DNA from: Balneola sp.
GTDB taxonomy: Bacteria > Bacteroidota > Rhodothermia > Balneolales > Balneolaceae
DNA length: 64,000 nt
Assembly (NCBI GenBank): GCA_003712055.1
Contig: RHLJ01000007.1
Coordinates: forward strand, 113,512-177,511
Direction of reading: 5' to 3'
The position numbers were made by a program, and so were the translations under genes. This document shows, piece after piece, positions 38,881 to 48,355 of the stretch. The stretch's first letter is position 1. Each line of letters starts with the position of its first letter. Below the pieces are notes generated by a model. The model did not search any database. It saw only the letters and a program-made list of their open reading frames with translations, and was not told where the DNA came from.

Positions 38881-38908
38881 CATAACAAAAGCATAAACTC
38901 AACATAAC
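38881..38908 (+). promoter_or_regulatory. Three 11-bp-phased direct repeats CATAAC/CATAAA/CATAAC upstream of the TonB-dependent receptor
   Basis: The hexamers start at 38881, 38892 and 38903 (spacing 11 and 11 nt), 74-101 nt upstream of the receptor start codon. The regulatory function is inferred only. Confidence 0.3.
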
Positions 38909-38981
38909 AGTACCGCAACGAGTGTAGGGTAGTTTTGAGCGCAATGAAAAATGCGAACAAAACTAAAAAATCAGCACACTC

Positions 38982-41885
38982 GTGAATAAAATAAAACACG
39001 CATGTTTTCTTTTTCTTGCGCTTTTAATCTCATCTAACCTTTTTGCGCAAGATGGAAAAATAGTAGGTACCGTTGTTGACGCCGAAACAGGGGAAACCCT
39101 TATTGGTGTTAACGTGGTAATCGAAGGTACCATACAAGGTACAGCAACCGATATTGATGGTAATTATACCATCCGTAAAGTAGCGGCAGGTACATATAAC
39201 ATCGTTATAAGCTATCTGTCATATGCAACCCAGACCGTAACTGGGGTTGAAGTTGAAGAAGGTGCAACCGTAAGGTTGGACATTACTCTCCAGTCAGAGA
39301 CTGAGTTTCTTGAGGAAATAGTTGTAACAGCAGAGGCGGTACTTAACAGTGAGGCGGGTCTGTTACGTGACCGTCAAAAATCTATTTCTTTTAGCGATGC
39401 AATTTCAGCTGAAAGCATTTCGAAGAGTGGATCAGGAGATGCTGCAGCTGCTCTTACAAAAGTAACCGGAGCCAGTGTAGTAGGCGGCAAGTATGTATAT
39501 GTACGAGGTTTGGGTGATCGCTATTCATCTATCCAAATGAATGGAGTAGAATTACCTAGTACTAACCCCGATAGAAAAACTTTCCAGCTGGATTTAATTC
39601 CTTCATCACTCCTGGAGAATATCAACACGGTAAAGACTTTTACTCCGGATAAACCAGGGAGCTTTAGTGGCGGTATTGTAGACATCAATACCAAAACCTT
39701 CCCTGAAAATTTACAATTCTCTCTTTCTACCTCATTCAAGTATAACACACAATCATCGTTTAGAGATGATTTTATTAGTGATAACACTTCTGATACAGAT
39801 TGGCTGGGATCTGATGACGGAATGAGAGCAATTCCGGATATTTTTAATGATCCGGATTTGGTTATCCCTGCCGAAGTACAAGCAAGGTTCAATGATTCTC
39901 TTGCTACCATTCTTGATAATACAAGTAATGCGTTCAATGAGACGATGGTTCCTGTTGAAAGAACTATCCCGTTAGACTATGGCTATTCGATCTCTTTGGG
40001 CAATCAAACTACCCTATTTGGCAAAGAGTTAGGATATGTGGGAAGTCTCACATATAGCCGTTCATACCAATACTACGATGACGGTGAAACAGGCCGCTAT
40101 AATTTAATTAACCTTAATGCGGATCAATTAACTCCACTGCAGCAGTATACCGATAGAGTTGGAACTGATGAAGTAAATATTGGCGGGCTAATCAGTTTAC
40201 AGTACAAATTAAGTAATGCTCACAGAGTTGGGGTAAACTATTTCAGAACTCAGAGTGGAGCAAATTCTGGGCGAATCCAACAGGGAATTTGGCCGGATGA
40301 GTTAGGTTTTCCTATAGAAGGCCAATTCCAGCAAAGAACGAATAACGTTGTCAGCTATACGGAAAGGAACCTCAAGTATACACAGTTATTAGGTGAGCAC
40401 TATTTTGAAAACTTCCTTAGAGCAAAAGTAGATTGGTCGGCTTCATTCGCTACGACTACTCAAGAGCAGCCAGATTTACGTTTCGTTTCTTACTATCAGA
40501 ATCAAAATTTTGTTGGAGCTGATACAAACAATGTAATCAGAACGGCAGGTTTTGCTTTTCCTTCCCGACTCTTTAGAGATTTGGAAGAAACAAATGAGAA
40601 CTATGCAATTAATGTAGAGTTCCCCTTCCAGCTCCTTACCGACCAAAACTCCAAATTCAAAATGGGAGCGTCCTACAGAAATGTAGAGAGAGAATTCAGG
40701 GAGAACTATTTCTTTATCAATCCTGACCAGGGAATCTTTTCTGACCTGGATGGCGATGTGGTTGAGTTTTTTACTTTCCCTTACCGGGGTATAATCGATC
40801 GTAATGAGACCACTAACAGACCAACATTTGGTAATTATGTAAGTGATAATACCCAGGACAGAAACAACTACGATGCATCTACTGAGATACAGGCTATTTA
40901 CGGGATGTTCGAGTTACCACTAACCGACAGATTAAAATTTGTAGGTGGCGCCAGGTATGAAACTGCAGTTCTTGAAGTAGCAAGTTTTGATACATCAGTG
41001 GTAATTGTTGATGATGTAGAAACCAGACCAGGCCAGGGTAAAATAGACAATACCGATTTACTCCCTTCTTTAAGTCTTATTTATGCACTAGGAGACAACT
41101 CGAATCTTAGGGTTGCTTGGACAAGAACCATCGCAAGGCCTACTGCAAGGGAAATTGCTCCATTCTCCAGTTTCGACTTCATTGGTGATGAAGCAAAACA
41201 AGGTAATCCGGGATTAAAAAGAACATTGATTACCAACTATGACTTCAGATACGAAATTTTCCCTCGCCCGGGTGAAGTGCTTGCTGTAAGTGCATTCTAC
41301 AAAAACCTGGAAAATCCTATAGAACTTGGTTTTAGACCCGGAGCGATTGCAACAAATGCCATCTTACAATGGCAAAATGTCGATGAGGCCGAAATTCTTG
41401 GGCTTGAATTCGAAGTAAGAAAAAACCTTGACTTCATTTCTGATTTCACAGAAAACTTTAGTGTTGGAGCAAACTTATCACTTATCAATTCAAGCATCGA
41501 TCTACCACCTGAGGAGCTTGCGCAGAGAGCAGATTCAACGCAAACAACACGAGAGCTTCAGGGTCAGTCACCGTATATCGTCAACATTAACTTTGGTTAT
41601 GACGATGTAGATAAGGGTCTAAGTATTGGTATGTATTTCAACGTATTTGGCCAGCGTTTGTCAAACGTAGGCTTTGGTACCAATCCTGATGTATTTGAGC
41701 AGCCACGTTCGCAATTAGATTTTATTAGCTCAAAGGATTTTGGAAACGTCGAAGTAAGCTTCGATATCAAGAATATCCTTAACTCCGAAACCAGCTTTGA
41801 ATACGACTTCAAGAATAATAACGAAGTGTATCAAAGCTATAAGACGGGTGTCTCTTTCTCCCTGGGGGTTAAGTACAAACTTTAA
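38982..41885 (+). CDS. TonB-dependent outer-membrane receptor with N-terminal carboxypeptidase-regulatory-like domain
   Basis: 967-aa ORF with a GTG start and signal peptide ..FLALLISSNLFAQ. It has a DGKIVGTVVDAETGETLIGVNVVIEGT CarbopepD_reg-like domain and a plug region (..YVYVRGLGDRYSSIQMNGVELPS..) followed by a long barrel. No SusD-like gene follows. Confidence 0.9.
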   Translation: MNKIKHACFLFLALLISSNLFAQDGKIVGTVVDAETGETLIGVNVVIEGTIQGTATDIDGNYTIRKVAAGTYNIVISYLSYATQTVTGVEVEEGATVRLDITLQSETEFLEEIVVTAEAVLNSEAGLLRDRQKSISFSDAISAESISKSGSGDAAAALTKVTGASVVGGKYVYVRGLGDRYSSIQMNGVELPSTNPDRKTFQLDLIPSSLLENINTVKTFTPDKPGSFSGGIVDINTKTFPENLQFSLSTSFKYNTQSSFRDDFISDNTSDTDWLGSDDGMRAIPDIFNDPDLVIPAEVQARFNDSLATILDNTSNAFNETMVPVERTIPLDYGYSISLGNQTTLFGKELGYVGSLTYSRSYQYYDDGETGRYNLINLNADQLTPLQQYTDRVGTDEVNIGGLISLQYKLSNAHRVGVNYFRTQSGANSGRIQQGIWPDELGFPIEGQFQQRTNNVVSYTERNLKYTQLLGEHYFENFLRAKVDWSASFATTTQEQPDLRFVSYYQNQNFVGADTNNVIRTAGFAFPSRLFRDLEETNENYAINVEFPFQLLTDQNSKFKMGASYRNVEREFRENYFFINPDQGIFSDLDGDVVEFFTFPYRGIIDRNETTNRPTFGNYVSDNTQDRNNYDASTEIQAIYGMFELPLTDRLKFVGGARYETAVLEVASFDTSVVIVDDVETRPGQGKIDNTDLLPSLSLIYALGDNSNLRVAWTRTIARPTAREIAPFSSFDFIGDEAKQGNPGLKRTLITNYDFRYEIFPRPGEVLAVSAFYKNLENPIELGFRPGAIATNAILQWQNVDEAEILGLEFEVRKNLDFISDFTENFSVGANLSLINSSIDLPPEELAQRADSTQTTRELQGQSPYIVNINFGYDDVDKGLSIGMYFNVFGQRLSNVGFGTNPDVFEQPRSQLDFISSKDFGNVEVSFDIKNILNSETSFEYDFKNNNEVYQSYKTGVSFSLGVKYKL

Positions 41886-41915
41886 CTATTAACCTAACTA
41901 ACAAAACCCACAAGT

Positions 41916-44900
41916 ATGAAGCACTTATATACCATATGTTTGTTATTTGTGATGGCAACTGCTAATGTTTTCGCACAGCAAGTTGTAGTAACTGATGACA
42001 TCACATCCAATACTACTTGGACTGCTGATACTGAGTACATTCTCAATGGACTTGTATTCGTAGATTCTACGTTTACACTTACTATTGAGCCTGGTACCAT
42101 TATTAAAGCCAGATCAGTAACCAACATCACTTCTGGAGAAGGAGCATCTGCACTTATCGTGAGAAGAGGCGCCCAGATTGATGCAGAAGGTACTGCGAAC
42201 AACCCAATTATCTTTACTTCAGAGTTTGATGATCTCAATGATGGAACCGACTTAACTCAGTTTGATCGCGGACTTTGGGGTGGTATTATTATTTTAGGGC
42301 AAGCTACTACCAACGAGACCAGTACAAACATCCAGATTGAAGGTATCCCTTCAGAGCAGCCAGCACTATATGGTGGTTCTGATGATACTGATAACTCTGG
42401 TACGCTACGATATGTCTCTGTTCGGCACGGTGGATTCTCTATTTCAGGTGTTCCTGGAGATGAAATCAATGGTCTTACTATGGGCGCTGTTGGTTCCGGA
42501 ACAACTATCGAGTACATCGAAATTTTTGCAAACCTTGATGATGGTTACGAGTGGTTTGGTGGAACAGTTAACACCAAGTATTTGGTAGCTGCATTCTGTG
42601 GTGATGACTCTTTTGATTACGACCAGGGATTCCGTGGTAAAGGTCAATTCTGGTTCTCATTACAAGGTACTGATGAAGCAGGTCGTGCAGGTGAGCACGA
42701 TGGTGGTGATACCAACGAAACTGGCACTCCATTTTCACTTCCTGTTATTTCAAACGTAACATTTATTGGTTCTGGTTCAAGTGCTTCCGGAATTGGAGGT
42801 GACGGAAACGACAGAGCCTTTGCTATTCGCGACAATGCAGGTGGTCACTACTTCAACTCTATCTTCACCGACTTTGCTGGTGTAGGTATGAACATTGAAG
42901 ATCTTGATGGTACTTCTGATGATAGCCGTGGGCAATTAGAGGCCGGTAACCTTACTTTTGACAACAACTACTGGTTTGATTTCGCTGCAGGTGCTACTGC
43001 TGCTGATATCTGGCCACAAGATTTTGTTGAAACTGCATTCACAACCGGAAACACTATCGTTGATCCTCAGCTTAACGGAATCAGCCGTATCGTGGATGGA
43101 GGTCTTGATCCAACTCTTGATGCAGCTAGCCCCGCGTTAACTGCTGGTGATTTCTCTGCAGATTCTTTATCAGATACATTTTTCACAAATACAAGCTATG
43201 TAGGTGCTTTTAGTGGTGCAGTAAACTGGTTAGACGGCTGGACTGCTCTTTCTGACATGGGATTCACCGGAACTGCTGGGCAGGAGCCAGTTGATGCTGT
43301 AGTTGTAACTGACGACATTACCGGAAACGAAACCTGGACTGCTGATAACTTATACATTCTTGACGGTCTGGTATTCGTTGACTCTCTTGCTTCATTAACT
43401 ATCGAGCCTGGTACAATTATCAAGGCGAGATTTACTTCTAACATTTCTACTGGTGAAGGAGCATCTGCTCTTATCGTAAGAAGAGGTGGTAGTATCGATG
43501 CTCAGGGTTCTGCCACAAGCCCAATCATCTTTACTTCACAGTTTGATGACACTGATGATGCTGATGACTTAACAGTATCAGACAGAGGTCTTTGGGGTGG
43601 TATCATTCTTTTAGGACAAGCTACTACCAACGAAACCAGTACAAACATCCAGATTGAAGGTATCCCTTCAGAGCAGCCAGCTCTTTATGGTGGTTCTGAT
43701 GATTCAGACAACTCTGGTACACTTAGATATGTTTCAATCCGTCATGGTGGTTATTCAATCTCTGGTGTTCCAGGTGATGAGATCAATGGTCTTACAATGG
43801 GAGCTGTTGGTTCCGGAACTACTATCGAAAACATTGAAGTATTTGCAAACCTTGATGACTGCTATGAGTGGTTTGGTGGTACAGTAAACTCCAAGTATCT
43901 AGTAGGCGCGTTCTGTGGTGATGATACTTACGACTATGACCAGGGATTCCGTGGTAAAGGTCAATTCTGGTTCTCGATCCAGGGTGCTGATGAAACCGGC
44001 CGTGCTGGTGAGCATGATGGTGGTGATACTAATGAAACTGGTACTCCGTACTCACTTCCTGTTATCTCAAACGTAACATTCATCGGTTCTGGTGAAGGAG
44101 CTACTGGAATTGGTGGTGACGGAAACGACAGAACATTTGCTATCCGTGATAACGCTGGTGGACATTACTTCAACTCTATCTTCACCGACTTTGCTGGTGT
44201 TGGTATGAATATTGAAGATCTTGATGGATCTACTGATGATAGCCGTGGTCAATTGGAAGCAGGAAACTTATCATTCACCAACAACCTATGGTTTGGATTT
44301 GGTGCTGGTAATACTGCTGCTGACATTTTCCCACAAGATTTTGTTGAAACTGCATTTACAGCATCTGGTAATGATATCACGGATGCTGAATTAAGAGGAA
44401 TCAGTCGAACTGACGATGCTGGTCTTGACCCACGTCTTCAATTAGGAAGCGTTGCTGCTACCGGAGCTGACTTTAGCGCGGACTCTTTAGATGATGACTT
44501 CTTTACTCCGGTACTCTATCAAGGTGCTTTTGGTGGTTCTAACTGGTTAGCTGGTTGGACTGCTCTAGACGCAATGGGAATTAATGGTGACATTCCACTA
44601 GAAGTTCCAACTGGTGAAGTTGTTGTTACTAACAATATTACTGCAAACACTACCTGGACTGCTGACAATGTATACATCTTGGACGGTCTTGTATTTGTTG
44701 ATGGTGCTGAGCTTACTATTCAGGCAGGTACTGTAATCAAAGGACGATTGAATACGAACATCTCTACCGGTGAAGGAGCTTCTGCTCTTATCGTTCGCAG
44801 AGGTGCTACAATTGATGCTCAGGGTTCTGCTGATCAACCAATCATTATGACTTCAGAACTAGATGACGTTACCGATGGAACGGATCTTACTTCAAGTGAT

Positions 44901-47519
44901 CGTGGTCTTTGGGGTGGTTTGATCATGTTAGGTTCTGCTACCACTAACGAAACTAGCACCAACATCCAGATAGAAGGGATTCCTTCTGAGCAACCTGCTC
45001 TTTATGGAGGTACTGATGATGAAGATGGTTCAGGTACTTTAAGCTATGTTTCTATCCGTCACGGTGGATTCTCTATCTCAGGTGTTCCTGGAGACGAGAT
45101 TAACGGTCTTACTATGGGTGGTGTAGGTTCCGGAACTGTTATTGAGTATGTAGAAGTTTACGCAAACCTTGATGACTGCTTCGAGTGGTTTGGAGGTACA
45201 GTAAACACAAAGAACCTTGTAGGTGCCTTCTGTGGTGATGATACTTATGACTATGACCAGGGGTTCCGCGGTAAAGGTCAATTCTGGTTCTCTATCCAGG
45301 GAGCAGATGAAACCGGCCGTGCTGGTGAGCATGACGGTGGTGATACCAACGAAACTGGTGAGCCATTCTCTATCCCTGTAATCACTAACGTTACTTATAT
45401 CGGTTCCGGAGAAGGAGCTTCAGGAATTGGTGGTGACGGAAACGACAGAACATTCGCGATCCGTGACAACGCTGGTGGTAAATACTACAATTCTATCTTC
45501 ACTGACTTTGCTGGTGTAGGTGCCAACATCGAAGATCTTGACGGAACTTCCGATGATAGCCGTGGACAGCTTGAAGAAGGAAATCTTGTTTTCAATAACA
45601 ACCTATGGTATGGTTATGGAGCAGGAAATACTGCTGAAGCTATTCTTCCGCAAGACTTCGTAAGAACGAACTTCGTTGCTGCTAACAACCAGGTTGTAGA
45701 TCCAAATCTAAGAGGAATCAGCCGTGGAACAGACGCTGGTCTTGATCCTCGATTAGGATTAGGAAGCCCTGCTTCAACAGGCGCTAATTTCAGCTTTGAT
45801 GTACTGGATGATGACTTCTTCACTCCTGTAATTTATCAAGGTGCATTCGGTGGTTCTAACTGGTTAGCTGGTTGGACTGCAATCGACAATGCAGGAACTC
45901 TTGGTGATATTCCATTAGGTACAGCAACCAATGAAGTTGTAATAACTGACGATGTCACTGCAAACACTACCTGGACTAACGACAATATCTACATCCTTGA
46001 CGGACTAGTATTCGTTCAAAGCGGTGAATTAACTATCCAGCCAGGTACTATAGTTAAAGGTAGATTGAACACTAACATCACTACGGGTGAAGGGGCTTCT
46101 GCTCTTATCGTTCAAAGAGGAGCTACTATTAATGCTCAAGGTGATGCTTCTAACCCTATTGTCTTCACTACTGAAGTTGACGAAGTAGAAGCTACTGACC
46201 GTGGTCTTTGGGGTGGTATAATCATCCTTGGACGTGCTACTACTAACGAAACCAGCACCAACATCCAGGTTGAAGGTATCCCAGCTGAGCAGCCAGCTCA
46301 ATATGGTGGTAACGACGACACCGATAATTCCGGTACGTTACGATATGTATCTATCCGACATGGTGGTTTCTCTATCTCAGGTGTTCCTGGCGATGAGATC
46401 AATGGTCTTACTATGGGAGCTGTAGGTTCCGGAACTGTTATAGAGTTTGTAGAAGTATTTGCAAACCTTGATGACTGCTTCGAGTGGTTCGGTGGAACAG
46501 TAAATACCCGTTACTTAGTAGGTGCCTTCTGTGGTGATGATACCTATGATTATGACCAAGGGTTTAGAGGTTACGGACAGTATTGGTTCTCTATCCAGGG
46601 AACTGATGAAGCTGGACGTGCTGGTGAGCATGATGGTGGTGATACCAACGAAACAGGTACTCCATTCTCAATCCCGGTAATCTCTCACGTTACTTACATC
46701 GGTTCCGGTTCTGGTGCAACTGGAGTTGGTGGTGACGGTAACGATAGAGCGTTCGCGATCCGTGACAATGCAGGTGGTAAGTACTACAACTCTATCTTCA
46801 CTGACTTTGCTGGTGTAGGTGCAAACATTGAAGACATTGACGGCTCTTCTGAGGATAGCCGTGCTCAAGTCGAAGCAGGGAACCTTGTGTTTGAAAATAA
46901 CATCTGGTACGACTTCGGTGCAGGTGCTACTGCTGCTGATATCTGGCCACAAGACTTCGTTGAAACTGCAATGGTAGCTGGTACTAACCAAATCGTTGAT
47001 CCGGGTATTGCCGGCATCAGCCGATCTACTGATGGTGGTTTGAACCCGGAAGTTTCACCAGACGGTGCTGCATCTACTTCAACAACTACTGACCTTAACT
47101 CTACAGTAAGCGACTGGTTTGCTAACAGAGGCCATATTGGAGCATTTGCTTATAACGAAGTATGGATCAAAGACTGGACTGGATTAGATGACTACGGATA
47201 CCTAAACGATGCTGTTATCAATCCAAATGAGGAAGTTGAAACTGACATTCCTTCTGAAATGCAGTTAAGCCAAAACTATCCGAATCCATTCAACCCTACT
47301 ACCAACATTCAGTTCGCGTTACCTTCTGCACAGAATGTGACATTGAAAGTGTACAACATGCTTGGTCAGGAAGTGGCAACACTCATCAATAATGAAAACC
47401 TTCAGGCTGGCAGCCAGACGATTTCATTCGATGCGTCTTCACTTTCAAGTGGGGTATACATTTACCGATTGGTAGGTGCTAACACAGTATTGACTAAGAA
47501 AATGACCTTAATCAAATAA
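41916..47519 (+). CDS. Giant T9SS-secreted surface protein made of four tandem ~440-aa modules plus a type-A C-terminal sorting domain
   Basis: 1867-aa ORF starting 30 nt after the receptor stop, with signal peptide MKHLYTICLLFVMATANVFAQ. It has four repeats, each beginning VV(V/I)T(D/N)(D/N)(I/V)T.NTTWT. The C-terminus NYPNPFNPTTNIQFALP...GVYIYRL...KKMTLIK is the T9SS CTD pattern. Confidence 0.88.
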   Translation: MKHLYTICLLFVMATANVFAQQVVVTDDITSNTTWTADTEYILNGLVFVDSTFTLTIEPGTIIKARSVTNITSGEGASALIVRRGAQIDAEGTANNPIIFTSEFDDLNDGTDLTQFDRGLWGGIIILGQATTNETSTNIQIEGIPSEQPALYGGSDDTDNSGTLRYVSVRHGGFSISGVPGDEINGLTMGAVGSGTTIEYIEIFANLDDGYEWFGGTVNTKYLVAAFCGDDSFDYDQGFRGKGQFWFSLQGTDEAGRAGEHDGGDTNETGTPFSLPVISNVTFIGSGSSASGIGGDGNDRAFAIRDNAGGHYFNSIFTDFAGVGMNIEDLDGTSDDSRGQLEAGNLTFDNNYWFDFAAGATAADIWPQDFVETAFTTGNTIVDPQLNGISRIVDGGLDPTLDAASPALTAGDFSADSLSDTFFTNTSYVGAFSGAVNWLDGWTALSDMGFTGTAGQEPVDAVVVTDDITGNETWTADNLYILDGLVFVDSLASLTIEPGTIIKARFTSNISTGEGASALIVRRGGSIDAQGSATSPIIFTSQFDDTDDADDLTVSDRGLWGGIILLGQATTNETSTNIQIEGIPSEQPALYGGSDDSDNSGTLRYVSIRHGGYSISGVPGDEINGLTMGAVGSGTTIENIEVFANLDDCYEWFGGTVNSKYLVGAFCGDDTYDYDQGFRGKGQFWFSIQGADETGRAGEHDGGDTNETGTPYSLPVISNVTFIGSGEGATGIGGDGNDRTFAIRDNAGGHYFNSIFTDFAGVGMNIEDLDGSTDDSRGQLEAGNLSFTNNLWFGFGAGNTAADIFPQDFVETAFTASGNDITDAELRGISRTDDAGLDPRLQLGSVAATGADFSADSLDDDFFTPVLYQGAFGGSNWLAGWTALDAMGINGDIPLEVPTGEVVVTNNITANTTWTADNVYILDGLVFVDGAELTIQAGTVIKGRLNTNISTGEGASALIVRRGATIDAQGSADQPIIMTSELDDVTDGTDLTSSDRGLWGGLIMLGSATTNETSTNIQIEGIPSEQPALYGGTDDEDGSGTLSYVSIRHGGFSISGVPGDEINGLTMGGVGSGTVIEYVEVYANLDDCFEWFGGTVNTKNLVGAFCGDDTYDYDQGFRGKGQFWFSIQGADETGRAGEHDGGDTNETGEPFSIPVITNVTYIGSGEGASGIGGDGNDRTFAIRDNAGGKYYNSIFTDFAGVGANIEDLDGTSDDSRGQLEEGNLVFNNNLWYGYGAGNTAEAILPQDFVRTNFVAANNQVVDPNLRGISRGTDAGLDPRLGLGSPASTGANFSFDVLDDDFFTPVIYQGAFGGSNWLAGWTAIDNAGTLGDIPLGTATNEVVITDDVTANTTWTNDNIYILDGLVFVQSGELTIQPGTIVKGRLNTNITTGEGASALIVQRGATINAQGDASNPIVFTTEVDEVEATDRGLWGGIIILGRATTNETSTNIQVEGIPAEQPAQYGGNDDTDNSGTLRYVSIRHGGFSISGVPGDEINGLTMGAVGSGTVIEFVEVFANLDDCFEWFGGTVNTRYLVGAFCGDDTYDYDQGFRGYGQYWFSIQGTDEAGRAGEHDGGDTNETGTPFSIPVISHVTYIGSGSGATGVGGDGNDRAFAIRDNAGGKYYNSIFTDFAGVGANIEDIDGSSEDSRAQVEAGNLVFENNIWYDFGAGATAADIWPQDFVETAMVAGTNQIVDPGIAGISRSTDGGLNPEVSPDGAASTSTTTDLNSTVSDWFANRGHIGAFAYNEVWIKDWTGLDDYGYLNDAVINPNEEVETDIPSEMQLSQNYPNPFNPTTNIQFALPSAQNVTLKVYNMLGQEVATLINNENLQAGSQTISFDASSLSSGVYIYRLVGANTVLTKKMTLIK
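41976..47215 (+). repeat. Four in-frame tandem repeats of 1317/1320/1317 nt inside the 1867-aa gene
   Basis: The ACT codon of the conserved VVVT motif sits at 41991, 43308, 44628 and 45945. Long stretches of the units align at both protein and DNA level. Confidence 0.9.
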
Positions 47520-47574
47520 GGATTTTCTACTCACGAAACGTCTCACTTCATTGTGAGGTGTGCTGATCACAAAG

Positions 47575-47605
47575 GGAGTTCCAAGGAATTGGAACTCCTT
47601 TTTTT
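47575..47605 (+). terminator. Intrinsic terminator after the 1867-aa gene
   Basis: GGAGTTCCAA-ggaa-TTGGAACTCC is a perfect 10-bp stem followed by T7. Confidence 0.85.
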
Positions 47606-47678
47606 ATTCCCCTAACATATTGATAACACTTTATTAATGTAATGAGTGAAGGCTAGAGTGCTCTTATAAGTACCAATA

Positions 47679-48269
47679 ATGGTCAAAATCAAAAAAGAAA
47701 GAGATATGAAAAACTCAAAGAGAACACTAACAAGTATGGTTGCACTTCTAATCGTAATTACTTTTATAAGTTGTACAAGCCCAACTGCTGAAGATCCAGG
47801 GGAATTAGAATTAGCACCGCTCTCACAAAATCCAGGAGCTGAGTTTACGACACCTAGCTGCTCAACCAGAAACTATAGGGCATGGTTGATTAGTACTCAA
47901 CAATGGGACTTAGATGGTTTTACTAGCCCGGTGGTATGTCCTCCAAGCGATGGTGGTGATGGGTATTTAAGAATAACTACCTACGGAGAATTGATTGAAT
48001 CTTCAGATGGATTCTACTTTGAAGTAGAAAAATGGGATGATACCTCTTCAAGTTGGGATACGTACTGGACACATGACTCACCTGATATTTTTGCGAGAGG
48101 TGATGATATTTATGTGTTTGAATCAGATGCTTATGGAAATGCATTTAATGGTATGGATGGAGATGAAAGATTCCGACTTAGAGTATATGAAGTACTTCTG
48201 ATAGGTACCGGAGGTGGAGGAGGTACCGGGGTAGACTCCATTAGAGTAGTATTCGATTTAAATGATTGA
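47679..48269 (+). CDS. Small lipoprotein, unknown function
   Basis: 196-aa ORF (alternative start ATG 47706). The signal with lipobox ..MVALLIVITFISCTSP is followed by an acidic W/D/Y-rich domain and a Gly run (GTGGGGGTG). Confidence 0.6.
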   Translation: MVKIKKERDMKNSKRTLTSMVALLIVITFISCTSPTAEDPGELELAPLSQNPGAEFTTPSCSTRNYRAWLISTQQWDLDGFTSPVVCPPSDGGDGYLRITTYGELIESSDGFYFEVEKWDDTSSSWDTYWTHDSPDIFARGDDIYVFESDAYGNAFNGMDGDERFRLRVYEVLLIGTGGGGGTGVDSIRVVFDLND

Positions 48270-48290
48270 TTATAACCCCAATATCAATGA

Positions 48291-48322
48291 AAAGAGCTCC
48301 ATATGTTTGGGGCTCTTTTTTT
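48291..48322 (+). terminator. Intrinsic terminator after the lipoprotein gene
   Basis: AAGAGCTCC-atatgttt-GGGGCTCTT (one G-U pair) followed by a T7 run. Confidence 0.75.
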
Positions 48323-48355
48323 ATGCCCTTCAAAAGTCTCCTCTTTAGGGGAGCT

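Noticed and set aside
38619-38999. Minus-strand ORFs 38619-38999 and 38696-38944
   Set aside because: They run antisense to the acidic tail of ftsH and across the promoter region of the TonB receptor. The F/L/C-rich or S/F-rich low complexity reflects the GAA/AAG-rich sense strand.
41894-47000. Many 60-115-aa ORFs in other frames and on the other strand across the 1867-aa gene (for example 42337-42588, 43654-43887 and 46228-46425, which resemble each other)
   Set aside because: Their recurrence is explained by the 1.32-kb tandem repeat of the host gene. None has a start context or composition that competes with the long, motif-rich frame.
41976-47215. Regularly spaced repeats considered as a CRISPR array or satellite
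   Set aside because: The period is about 1.3 kb, the units are in frame and coding, and there are no short direct repeats with unique spacers. No cas genes are in the window, and I saw no CRISPR-like array anywhere.
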